64,000 nt of DNA from Bispira polyomma (lineage: Eukaryota). The stretch spans positions 35,650,001 to 35,714,000 of the forward strand of contig OZ287754.1 in NCBI GenBank assembly GCA_965649765.1. Reading direction: 5' to 3'. The translations under genes were made by a program, and so were the position numbers. Shown one piece after another: positions 12,480 through 24,389 of the stretch. The notes under the pieces are model-generated. The model was not told the DNA's origin. It saw only the letters and a program-made list of their open reading frames with translations, and did no database searches. Each line of letters begins with the position of its first letter. Positions within the stretch are counted from its first letter, which is position 1.

Positions 12480-12900
12480 TTTGATTCAATATTTTCTAAA
12501 TAGGTTTTGTTAGACCTCAATAACTTCTTCTTGTTTATTTAGTCGTTCTTTTATATCATCAAATTTTGTTAATGTTTCTTCATTTGCATTATTTGTCAAG
12601 GCACTTTCCCATAACCCCAACTCATCCTTAAGATTTTCCTACATATTTTCTTGTTTTTTTTCTTTACTTTTGTTGCATAATAATATAATATTTTAGATTT
12701 CATATTTAATAATTTCCCAAATTAATTGTTTACTTGGCATATCTTTATCATTGTTATTATTGAATAATGTCGAATGATTTGTGTCATGTGAAAAGTATAC
12801 ATCATTTGTTCTCCAATCATTTATCTATTCAGTTTCATTTTCGTTTGAACTACATGTTTCTTGAAAACAATACTGTGTCAATATGCATACTTTTCACCTA
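12480..12900 (-). pseudogene. Possible L1/Tx1 ORF2 remnant (post-endonuclease region)
   Basis: Minus strand reads QLIWEIIKYEI.., resembling the WE.IK motif; heavily decayed. Confidence 0.35.
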
Positions 12901-14368
12901 ATGAAATAATCTTAATTTCTTTGACCTATCATTTAATCCACATACATGTAAGGACAAAAAAGAAAATGCACATTCATTTATCACTACTATTCATGTTGTT
13001 TCATTGCTTGTTTGGTAAAACTAAACTAAAAACAGACTATTAAACCTACTAAGTTCACCTCAGCATACCACAATTCACAAGCATAACACATACTTAACAC
13101 AAACAACACAAATAAGTACCAGTACAAAAAACAATGCCACACTGTCCCGGAACATATTAGCAATAATATTCTTCACTATATTAGTACATTATGCTTTCCT
13201 GCTGGTATACATCTTTAGTCTTAAATATAATCAGTGGAATTAATTAAAACGGTTTCTACCTCTACGGCATAGCCGGTTACCCATGTTCTGCAGAACTTGG
13301 ACAAACTTGAGAGAATGTGTGAAAATGCTCATTTGCATATTATTAATATTAATATAACGTCTTCTCAAGTTTTCTCAAGTTCATGAGGCATTCTCACCAG
13401 TTTGAGTCCCGGCTAAGCCCCAGCAGAGCCCAGGTCTGGAGCCATCCTTATAAGTTCTATACAAGTTCGCCCAAGGCGTTCTTGAGACGTTCTCACAAGT
13501 TTGTCCAGGTTCAAACCCCGGCGATGCCCCGCCTATGCCCCAACCATAACAGTTTGCGCAAGTTCTCAGTTGCCTCACAAGTTCTCTCAGTTCTCCCAGG
13601 TTTTATCACGACCACACAAGTTTGAGTTCCTACCAAGCTAGGTCCTCACAAGGTCATGCCCCGGTCTTAAGAGGTTCTCGCACATTCTACAGAATCATAT
13701 AAATAGCAAGCTCCAGGACAAGCTCATCCTCACAACGCATCTAGAAGTCAGAGTGAACACACCTATGCAGATTCTACACTGAGATTCTACATTTCATTTT
13801 TCTACATTTTCATACTGTGCATTATATAGATATAGATAGATCCCCCTGTGGGTCCGGGGAAGTAAAATAGGCCCAACGTATCCTCCAGCGTGTCATAAGA
13901 GGCGACTAATTGGGGGCAACCTGTTTGCCATGGGTTGCGGTCCATGTCAGTGGAAGAGAGGGTCCTGGTTGTTGAGCCGATACCTTGCTGCGGCATTGAG
14001 GAGGCAATACACAGCTTTGGCCTCAATTTCATTTAGACGGATAGTTAAGATGGCCTGGCTTAACCAATCGGCTGGTAGTGCCAAGCCCTAATGCTCCAAA
14101 TTAAATGATGTTTTGTTGTTCGTGAATGTTTATATCGTTGTTTTGTTAGTTTTATTCTGCTGTTATCTGGTTTGTGCTTTTGTTTGGAGTATCTAGAAGG
14201 CGGCTGCTTAACAGGTCAATTGAGGTTCACTTTTAGTGGGCTTTGAGTATACTGCTAATGTATCTCTGGTACCTGTGTGCTGGGCTTAGCCCCACACAAT
14301 TCGGTATCCTCTTGTTGGGCTCGAAGGGTGGGTGGAGATTATTGGCAGTGAATATTAACTATTTAACC

Positions 14369-15241
14369 ATGGCATCACAAAATCAAACAGATGGTAGGAA
14401 AAGGACTCGACCCACGAATTACCAAGGAATTATGACTTTGGAAACTGGTATTGCTTGTTCTTGGCCTCAATTTTTACTCTTGCAAGGTTCTGATACAGAA
14501 AATTTCCAACTGAAACTTTCACCTTTTGCTGTTAATAAGGCCATTTTATCTGTTTTGGGCACTGAACCTATCAACATCAAAAAACTAAGATCAGGAAATA
14601 TTCTAGTTGAGGTAGATAAAGTAAAGCAAAGTGACAAACTTTTGAAAACAACAAAATTGGACTTGACAATGGACTACTCCATACCTATCAGCGTAACCCC
14701 TCACAATACTTTGAATACAAAGAAAAGAGTGATAAGATGTCCAGATATTAAAGAATGTGCAGATGAGGAAATATTAGAAGGTTTGCAATCTGAGGTTGTT
14801 GTAAAATTGGACCGAATAACCATTTTTAGAGAGGGCGAAAGAAGGTGTACTGGGACTTTTATATTGACTTTTGCATGCCAAGTTCTGCCAAAATACATCA
14901 GGGTGGGTTATTTGCGAGTGCCTGTGTCAGTGTTTGTTCCAAATCCAATGAGGTGCTTCAGATGCCAAAAATTTGGTCATACAAAATTTACATGTAGAAG
15001 AAAGGAAGTGTGCCCAAAATGTGGTAGTGAGAATCATACAGATATACATGAATGTGAAAATGATGCCAAGTGTATTAATTGTGAGGGAAATCATGCAGCT
15101 ACTGACAAAACTTGCCCAAAATGGAAAGAAGAAAAAGGAATCCATAAAATCAAAACTGAAAGAGGTATATCTAAAACAGAAGCAAAGAAACAAATATCAA
15201 TATTTAATAGTGTGAAAACATCATATGCACAAAATAAGTAA
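14369..15241 (+). CDS. LINE ORF1 gag-like nucleic-acid chaperone (probably prematurely ended)
   Basis: LSPFAVNK, KKLRSGNILVE, PNPMRCFRCQKFGH..C, CPKCGSENH, CINCEGNH, CPKW. Confidence 0.85.
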   Translation: MASQNQTDGRKRTRPTNYQGIMTLETGIACSWPQFLLLQGSDTENFQLKLSPFAVNKAILSVLGTEPINIKKLRSGNILVEVDKVKQSDKLLKTTKLDLTMDYSIPISVTPHNTLNTKKRVIRCPDIKECADEEILEGLQSEVVVKLDRITIFREGERRCTGTFILTFACQVLPKYIRVGYLRVPVSVFVPNPMRCFRCQKFGHTKFTCRRKEVCPKCGSENHTDIHECENDAKCINCEGNHAATDKTCPKWKEEKGIHKIKTERGISKTEAKKQISIFNSVKTSYAQNK

Positions 15242-18200
15242 CAAAATCGGTGACACTTACTCCAAAGAAACTCAGACAGATATGACTTGGCCAGAAACAT
15301 TAAAAAGTCCCAAAAAACTACCACAAGCAACAAATGAAAAGGATTCAAAAGTAGTTTTAAACAAAGTTACATCTTCAAGTCAAACTGAAGCAACCAAATC
15401 ACAAAATGAATCAGTCAAAGTGACAAATAACCAGAGTAAGGTAATTCTTAATAGAAACCTAGCTGTCAAAACTTGAAACAGAAATTCAAAAGGGTCAAAT
15501 GATCTTATTAAACAATATAATAAACAAGATACTCTATACTCAGATGGTGAGGATGATAATGAAATGATGGTTGATCTACCACCACAAAATAATAGAGGAA
15601 GACCCCGGAGTCAAAATTGTAAACAAAATTAAATAATTAAACCAAACCAAAAACACATTATCCAGTGGAACTGTCGTGGCTATAAGCCAAAATTTTGAAA
15701 TTAAACATTTAATTTCTGATTTTAGTCCATACATTTTAGCTTTGCAGAAAACATATTTTAAAGACAACGATAATTACAAATTGAGAGGCTTTGATCACTA
15801 TTGTTTCAATAGTGTTTCAGGAGTTAATGGAAGAGTATTTGGAGGTTGCTCATTATTTGTTAAAAAGGTGTGCCACATGAAGTAATCTCCTTAACTACAC
15901 AGTTACAAGCCGTAGCAGTTAAAGTATCCCTACACAAAACCATAACTCTATGTTGTATATATATTCCACCAAGTTGTACAGTTGCACAGAAAAACTTGGA
16001 TAATTTAGTCAATGAACTGCCACAACCATATATATTAATAGGGGACTTTAATGCCCATAATGAGTTGTGGGGTTTAAATCACTGTGATAGTAGAGGAAAA
16101 AAGATTGAGCATATGTTAGACTCACCTGGTGTTTGTTTACTCAGTGACTATTCTCCTACATATCTACATCCAGCTACAGGATCTTTAACTGCAATAGATT
16201 TATCAATATGTTCCAGTTCAATATTCCTTGACTTTACTTGGAAAGTTCACAGTGACCAATGTGGTAGTGATCATTTCCCAATTCTAATCAATATAGTTAA
16301 AAATATACCAAGAGACAATGTACCCCGTTGGAACATTAAAAAGGCTGATTGGGTAAAATATCAGCTACATTGCTCACTTGAAATTAATAGACATACATTT
16401 CAAAATTTGATTGACAAGTTTCCTGTTTTTATGAGTAAATTGAATGACACAGCCACAAAAAGTATACATAAAATCCTCAGGACAGTCCACTGGTAGTTTT
16501 AAACCATGGTTTAATGATGAATGTAAAAGGGTCCTAAAAGCTCGTCAGAAAGCCCTAGATAAATGCCGAATAAATCCAACATCGGCAAATATAAATGAAT
16601 ATAGAAACTGCAGGGCTAAGGCTCGGAGTGTAATTAAAGCAGCCAAAAAAAAACTCCTGGAAGGAAAACATATCGAAACTAAATACAAATACTTCAGCCA
16701 ATAAGGTATGGAAAATGCTTAGGAAAATAAATGGGAGGCAAAATAATACATCAGTAAGACATCTAGTAAACACTGATGGAACTAAAATAACAGAAAGAGG
16801 AGATATAGCAAATATGTTGGCTCAAGAAATAAGCAAAAATCCAGCAGTAAGAATTACTCTGTTAAGTTTCAGAAATATCAGGAAAAGGCTGAAAAAGAAA
16901 AGCTTAATTTTGCATCAAGAAACCATGAAAATTATAACATGGAGTTCAATATATCAGAATTAATAGATGCATTAAAAAAGTCTCATGACACAGCCACAGG
17001 GCCTGATGAAATACATTATTAATTACTTGAGCATTTACCAAGGGATTCACTTATGGTACTATTAGAAATATTTAATGAAATATGGATAACTGGTGAAATC
17101 CCTGAATGCTGGAAAGAAGCAACTATTATACCCATTCCTAAGCCTGGTAAAGACCCACAAAACCCATCCAATTACTGTCCCATATCTTTGACGAGCTGCT
17201 TGTGCAAGACCATGGAAAGAATGATAAATGCAAGAGTGGTTTGGTTTCTTGAAAAAAAACAACATTTTAAGTGTACATCAAAGTGGTTTTGGAAGGTAGA
17301 ACGACAACAGATCAATTAGTTCAACTTGAATCTTTAATTAAAGATTCATTTTTAAAAGGCAACCATGTAGTTTCAGTATTTTTTGATCTGGAAAAAGCAT
17401 ATGATACTGTTTGGAAATATGGTGTTGCCAGAGATTTGTATAAGGTAGGGCTTCGTGGTAGAATTCCTGTTTTTATTCAGAATTTTTTATCCAATAGAGT
17501 TTTTAAAGTTTGTCTAGGATCAGTTTATTCAGATATGCACAATCAAGAAATGGGTGTTCCTCAAGGAAGTATCCTTGCTGTTACTTTGTTCATTTTAAAA
17601 ATCAATAGCATAAGTGATATTATTCCATCCAACTTTGAAAAGTCTCTCTTTGTTGATGACCTTTCAATAACATATAGCTCAAATAATGTGGCCTCTATAG
17701 AGAGACAATTACAGCTATGTCTGAATAAAATTGAAAAATGGGCTGATGAAAATGGTTTTAAATTTTCTAAAACTAAAACAGTATGCATGCACTTCTGTAA
17801 CAAAAGAAGACTCCATCTAGATCCTACATTGACATTATATGGCACTCAGATACCTGTAGTAACACAAACAAAGTTTCTTGGCATTATACTTGATAACAAG
17901 TTGAATTTAAAGCACATATTGACTATGTGCGTAAGAAATGTGATAAAGCAATGAATTTATTAAAAGTAGTCTCAAAAATGGATTGGGGTGCCGACAGAAG
18001 TGTACTACTAAGGATGTATCGATCTTTTGTTAGATCAAGTATGGAATATGGTTGTGCAGTTTTTAGCTCTGCCCGTAACTCTTATTTGAGAAAATTGGAA
18101 CCCATTCAAAACCAGGGCTTAAGAATATGCCTTCAGGACTTCTCCAATGCAAAGCTTATATGTAGAAGCTAATGAACCACCATTATACCTGAGATTTCAT

Positions 18201-18722
18201 AAACTGTGTGTTCAGTATGCAATAAAGTTGAGAAGTAATCCTCAAAATCCAACCTATGAAGTAGTATATAATCCTCAGTATCTTCTTCACTGCCACAAAG
18301 TAGCATGGCTAGTCAGCCGCGGAAATGCTATACTTTACTGCACTTCTATTTTCAAACTACTTGCTTATCACAGTCACTTCTCACCCCAACGCTGCATTCA
18401 GATAACACCTCCACTCTCCATTTCCCGCCTTTCTTATATTCTCACTGATAAGTCAGAAGACAAATCTCTCTTACTCTCCCCAGCACTTTGGCGCCCTTTC
18501 TATGATAAGCTCATTATTAAGTCAGAAATCAAACTAACAACATCAAAAATCTTAAGCTATCAGCGGCCATATTGGAAATTTTTATACATTATCACAAAAA
18601 TTTTTTATACATTATCACTAAAAATGCTTAAGTGTTTATTATTTTACAAAATTACAACAAGTTTCACACAGAGGATAATACTGTGCATCTTTTAAGCTAA
18701 TTTGTGTGGATATTACTTAAAA

Positions 18723-19905
18723 ATGGGTAGAGGAAAAAAAAAACTCTATTGAAACAGCCTCATGTACTAGATGTGAAATCTTTCATACACGACCAGTAGG
18801 AAATCGCTGCAAACGAACCACAGACACAAGAGATGATGGTCTTCTCCAGCCTAGTTTTGATAGTGATGATCAAAGCAGTGTTTCTGAAGCAAGTGGCCAA
18901 GTTAGCAGTGAAAAATTCTATCGTGAGGCATACACCACACAGCAGAATATGATGGAAACCCTGTTATCTACAGTCTCCAAGCTACAAGAAGACGTTTCAG
19001 ATCTCAAATTTGGAAAGATGGAGACCAACCGTGTGTCGCCTCATAACGCAACCCGAGATCCTCACACTTCACTAGGACTTCATGACAGTCAGAGAGATCA
19101 CACTGCCAGCGCGTTCGCAACTCATCCTCTCGCCACAGATTCTCCCTCACGTCACCTCACTAGTTCACAGAGCCGGTATGATCACGAAGCCACTCAACGT
19201 GCGTTCAAAGATACCATTCTCCCGACTCCCGAAGTGCTGAAGCAGTCGTCCCTCATACAGAACGAGGTCTCCAAACGACTAGTGAGATATGAAGCCTGGG
19301 CCACAGATGAGAGCATTCAAGGTAAGCTCACTACCAAGCGAAAATCTGGGCGCTATAATACCTCTGAATTATGTGTATCTGACCCCATGAAGCGGTGGCC
19401 GAACGAGGCCTGCTTATCTGGTGTTAGCAAAAAGCGTGTATCTTTTGATGAATTGTCAGTCTCACAGTTCGCTGCTGGCCAGATCCAAAATATTCTTGAG
19501 GTTAAGAATCCTGATATTTCACGAGCCATGCTCTCCCAACTAGCAGACACCCTCAAAGATGCCTCCAACATCTCTTGGGAGATTGCTCGTGGAGCATATG
19601 CCAGTAATATGCATGATATTGAAGAGGGTCGTTTGAGTTGGATGAACGACACAAAATGGAATATGAATCGGCTTTCTTATTCTCAAGCCCTCATATCCCG
19701 TACTACCACACCTTCGACTAGTTCGTTTTCTGCTTCATCTTCAAACAAAAATGAAATGCCTTGCAGGCGTTACCAAAAAAATGACTGCCAACACCAGAAA
19801 GATCATGAGGGCAATAGCATTACATCTCGACATATCTGTGCCAACTGTTTTCGACTACTCACCTTAAGTCCACTTCTGATGTTGTTATTAACCATTGTGT
19901 GCTGA
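18723..19905 (+). pseudogene. Gag-like ORF1 of element 2
   Basis: N-terminal CTRCEIFHTRPVGNRC finger, WPNE, SFDELS, SWEIARGA, C-terminal CRRYQKNDCQHQKDH..HICANC; one early frameshift. Confidence 0.85.
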
Positions 19906-22575
19906 CAGGAAGTTGTGATTTAACCAGTGGTACTAATAAGCAAATTTGTAAGAAAAACAGTTTTAAGAATGATTTCATAAATAATTTTAGTTGTCAACTT
20001 AATGAGTCAATTACTCAATTGAGTTATAGTGATGCCAGTAAGACATCTCAAGCATTACCTGGCAGTGTTTCCCTTAATGACTTATGCAGACAAGAATTGC
20101 CTGTTAAAGTGAACGTTATGAACTCTGTTCAGTGTGATAATTATGGTCAAAAACCATCAACTGTCTTTCATACAGTAGACGTTTATATTAGCACCAGTAA
20201 TTTTAAGTCTGATTGTCTAACTTATTGCTATATCGTTTGTCATGATGAGTCATGTATTTCAGCTGTATACAAATGGACTTATGGCCTAAATATGTGGTAC
20301 TTACAACAAACTCCCTATACACTGGATCACATATGGCCATTATCCTATGTGAACACCACTTGTACCACAACACTACGTCACACTCAACCAAATCAGTCAA
20401 AAAACCGTGCAAAACATAATGTGGCACATACACACAAAAAATTTGGACAAACTTTCTATTATACAGATATCATTGACAAAATTTGCAAATCAAATCTTCA
20501 ACACCAGAGCAATTCAGATTGTAACCATCAAGCCCACCTACCCCTTGAGCATCAAATTAATCAAGGTAATGCACTAGTGCATAATCACAAGTTTATGAGT
20601 CAAAAACCTATATTAGTGCAAAATGAAACGTCTATGATTCAAAAACTTATATTAGTGCATAATGGAAATTCTAGGATTTAAAAACCTATATTACTGCACA
20701 ATGATACTTCTGTGATACAAAAACCTATATTAGTGCACAATGAAGATTCTATTATTCAAAAACCTACATTTGCGCATAATGATGACATCATGATTAATGA
20801 CATCTTACCACTTCAATCATCAGACACTAATGTGGACAATGTCACACATGAATCCTGTCTTATTTCTAGAGACAGAACTTGTGGTTTCATACCACACAGA
20901 CAGAACAGTTTTAAATTTGTGGGTCCAGACAGACAAGAAGTTCTTATAAATTCTTATGACAAACTCATTGAGATTGCAGACATTGTTAAGAACTCTGGAT
21001 TTCCCAACTATAAACAAGCCAGAATACCGCTTAAGAGTACTCTCAAAGTGGAATATTGGAAGAAATACCTGACAGATTATCCTGACAACATCATATTACA
21101 ATATATTGAATCTGGATTTCCAATTTCATTGTATGATAGAGATAGACTGACAGTCAAAAATATTAAGAACCATTACTCAGCAAAAACTTTTCCAGAAGCT
21201 GTGGACAGATATTTTGTCACAGAACTCGAACGAGGCACCCTAGTGGGCTCAGCTACTTCTGACCTTCACCCTGATATACACTGCTCTCCACTTTTGACTG
21301 TACCTAAAGACACTGACAAGCACCGTCTTATATTAAATCTTTCTCACCCAGCAGGCTACTCTGTAAATGACTGTACCATTAAGTCAAAGTACGACACAAT
21401 CGACTTCACTTTGAAATTACCCACTATTGACCAAATAACTCACAAAATTACGGATATAGGACCTAAGGCGACCTTAGCAAAGGTGGATGTTGCGCACGCA
21501 TTTAGGAACCTAAGAATAGATCCTTATGACTGTTTGAAGCTGGGTTATATATGGAAAGACCAGCGTTTTATTGACTTAAGTCTGACTTTTGGTCTCACTT
21601 ATGGTACTGCTGCTTTTATGATGACCTCAGTTTGTGTTACTTACATCATGAAACAAAAAGCTTTCACAGTTATGAATTATAAAGACGATTTTTTGCTCAT
21701 AGAACACAAAGATAAGGCCACCTTAGCCTACGAAACTTTACAACAAATACTAACAGACTTAGGTCTTCCTATTAACCCCAGTAAGTTAGTACCTCCCAGC
21801 AAGCGGGTCACATGTATGGGCATTGTTATAGACATCCAACAAGAAACCCTCAGTATAGATGAGGAAAAATTCAATTCAATTCACAATACTTGCCTGGAGT
21901 TCAAATACCTGGGGAAAGTTAGGAAACAGAAGTACCAGTCGTTACTCGGCAAGCTACTGTATAGACATCGCTGTATCAAACCTTCTCAGATTTTTATGAA
22001 CAGAATGCTTGCTTTACTACATCAGTCTACAAGTCGTAAAATTATCATTCTAAACGATGAATTTCATAAAGACTTACAGTGGTTCCTGCTTTTTCTAAAG
22101 CAGTTCAATGGTACTTGCAAGTACAGATACTTAAACCAAGATAATGACATTTTATTACAGGTTGACGCCTGCTTATCAGGCATAGGGAGCATTTCAGATG
22201 ACAAAGTGTTCAAGGTTGCTCTCCCTTCCTTCATGACTGACAATTTTTCCATTGTACATTTTGAAATGGTCAGTGTTTTAATAGCCTTAAAGCTATGGGG
22301 CCATGAATGGGGAAACAAAAAAATTAAGATACAATCTGACAACATGGCTGTGGTGGCTGTTGTGCAGTCTTCTAAAACCAGAGATGATTATCTCGGGCTA
22401 TGCCTCCGAAATATACGGCAAATCTGTGCTACCAAAAATATTGACTTAAATATCAGCGTTATCTCGGTGGTAAGAATCAATGCATCATGCTGATTGTGTA
22501 AAAACTATTATTATGGGCAACTTCATCTTGTATGACGTCCCAATTGACTTTTTTACCCTTGACAGTTATATATAA
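19899..22575 (+). pseudogene. Pol (RT + RNase H) of element 2
   Basis: 593-aa ORF 20712-22493: HCSPL, KVDVAHAFRNL, LTFGL, NYKDD (mutated YxDD), VDACLSG, SDNMAVV. Confidence 0.9.
20572..20790 (+). repeat. 39-bp coding tandem repeat (QKPILVHNExSxI, ~5-6 units) in the pol N-terminus
   Basis: Repeated caaaaacctatattagtgcacaatga units. Confidence 0.85.
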
Positions 22576-22581
22576 TTACAG

Positions 22582-23548
22582 ACACTCCCTTACCTGCCAC
22601 TTCACTGGTACAAGATGCCTTTAGATGTTTAGAACAGAGTCACAGACCAAGAACACAGAAACAGTATGACAACCAGTTTTGATTGTTTCTGAGTTTCACA
22701 ATTTATTATGACTTACAACAGACTTTTAGTTTCAACAGTAACATAGCTTTCTTTGAATTCTTGACTCAATCAGGAATTTCTCACAAAGTCGTCACAAATT
22801 ACCTCTCAGCTTTAAGACACAAAACCAAAGTGTTGAACATTCAGAACACTGGGCTTTATGATCTTAGATTACCTTTATACACCAGATCCTTAGAGATCAC
22901 TTCCAAGTATACACCCAAGGTCAAAGGGGTTTTTGACTTAACTCAGCTCTTACAAATTTCTCAAGCATGTGAGCAACTTCAGTATCCCGAGTTATTTGGG
23001 ACAGCTTTTCTGTTTGCATTTTTTGGTTTTTTAAGAATATCAAATTTGACCCCCTCTTCAGGTATCCCCTTTGACCCCACTAGACATCTCACAAGGTCAG
23101 ATATCTTATTTGCTCCTCCTAGTATTCACTTAATTATAAAATGGTCCAAAACAAATCAGGCTAGGACTTCTCCTGATATCATACAATTACCTTCACTCAG
23201 CAATTCTTGGCTGTGTCCTGTTAGGGCTGCAAAGTCCCTTTTTCAAAAATATCCACTTGGACCCATGGATCCTCTTTTAGGAAATCCTTCAAACACAGGT
23301 CTTTGCTTAACTGACAACAAGTTAAGATCTATATTAAAACTTATCATTAATCAGCTAAACATTCCCACTGAAGGTCATTCTTTTCAATGTTTCAGGCGCT
23401 CTGGCGCCTCCTTAGCCTTCAACTCCAGCACATACAAAAACATGGGTGCTGGAAGTCAGATGCAGTGTGGACTTACTTAAAAAATACCTCTCACGCTTCT
23501 TCTATCATCCCTACCACCTTTGCTTCTATTGTCTCTTCCAAATTTTAG
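22582..23548 (+). pseudogene. Tyrosine recombinase of element 2
   Basis: AFFGFLRISNL, IKWSKTNQ, CPV, HSFQCFRRSGA, then HGCWKSDAVWTYL after a frameshift. Confidence 0.9.
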
Positions 23549-24111
23549 TTTGGCTTTGGCATGTTAAAACTTTAGTTCTTATCTAAAATTTTCTGTATAG
23601 TTGTACATAGAAGCTAAACATTTATAAACTAAAGATTTATAAATAAATATCCCAAACTGCATCTGACCTCTTACCTTTCAAAACCTCACACAGAAGGTCA
23701 AACTACCATCTTATGACCTTGACCTCAAACTCATTTCATTCGGCTGTCTTCGTCACTGCCACGAAGTAGCATGGCTAGTCAGCCGCGGAAATGCTATACT
23801 TTACTGTACTTCTATTTTCAAACTACTTGCTTATCACAGTCACTCCTCACCCCAATGCTGTATTCAGATAACACCTCCACTCTCCATTTCCCGCCTTTCT
23901 TATACTCTCACTGATAAGTCAGAAGACAAATCTCTCTTACTCTCCCCAGCACTTTGGCGCCCTTTCTATGATAAGCTCATTATTAAGTCAGAAATCAAAC
24001 TAACAACATCAAAAATCTCCCAACCCTCCTCCCTTGTACATATTTGTAGAATATCTAAGGATTGTGGGTTTAACACTCACTTCTTTGCCTTAGGGCTTTA
24101 ATTCTTGTTTA

Positions 24112-24389
24112 AGCTATGATTGGTTATTTTTACCATATTGCTTTATCCTTTATGTTTAGCTATGATTGGTTATATTTACCATATTGCTACAGTAGCATTT
24201 TAATTTTAGTTATCACTGGTTATATTTACCATATTGCTGTACTAGCATGTTATTTTATTTTGTAGTTATCATTGGTTATATTTACCATATTGCTTTATTT
24301 TCTTATTTTTAGCTATGATTGGTTATTCTTACCATATTGCTACTAGCATTCTATTCTTAGTCATCATTGGTTATATTTACCATGTTGCT
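24112..24389 (+). repeat. Array of six 31-bp quasi-palindromic repeats with 15-25-bp linkers in the A2-B2 spacer of element 2
   Basis: AGYTATSATTGGTTATATTTACCATATTGCT-like units start at 24112, 24158, 24208, 24264, 24311 and 24359. Confidence 0.9.

Noticed and set aside
18147-18695. 182-aa ORF as a novel protein
   Set aside because: Chimera: LINE ORF2 reads into the non-coding A1 repeat at 18281.
24112-24389. CRISPR array
   Set aside because: Eukaryotic TE context with no cas genes; linkers are short and fall into two related classes (T-rich, actagcat), unlike acquired spacers.
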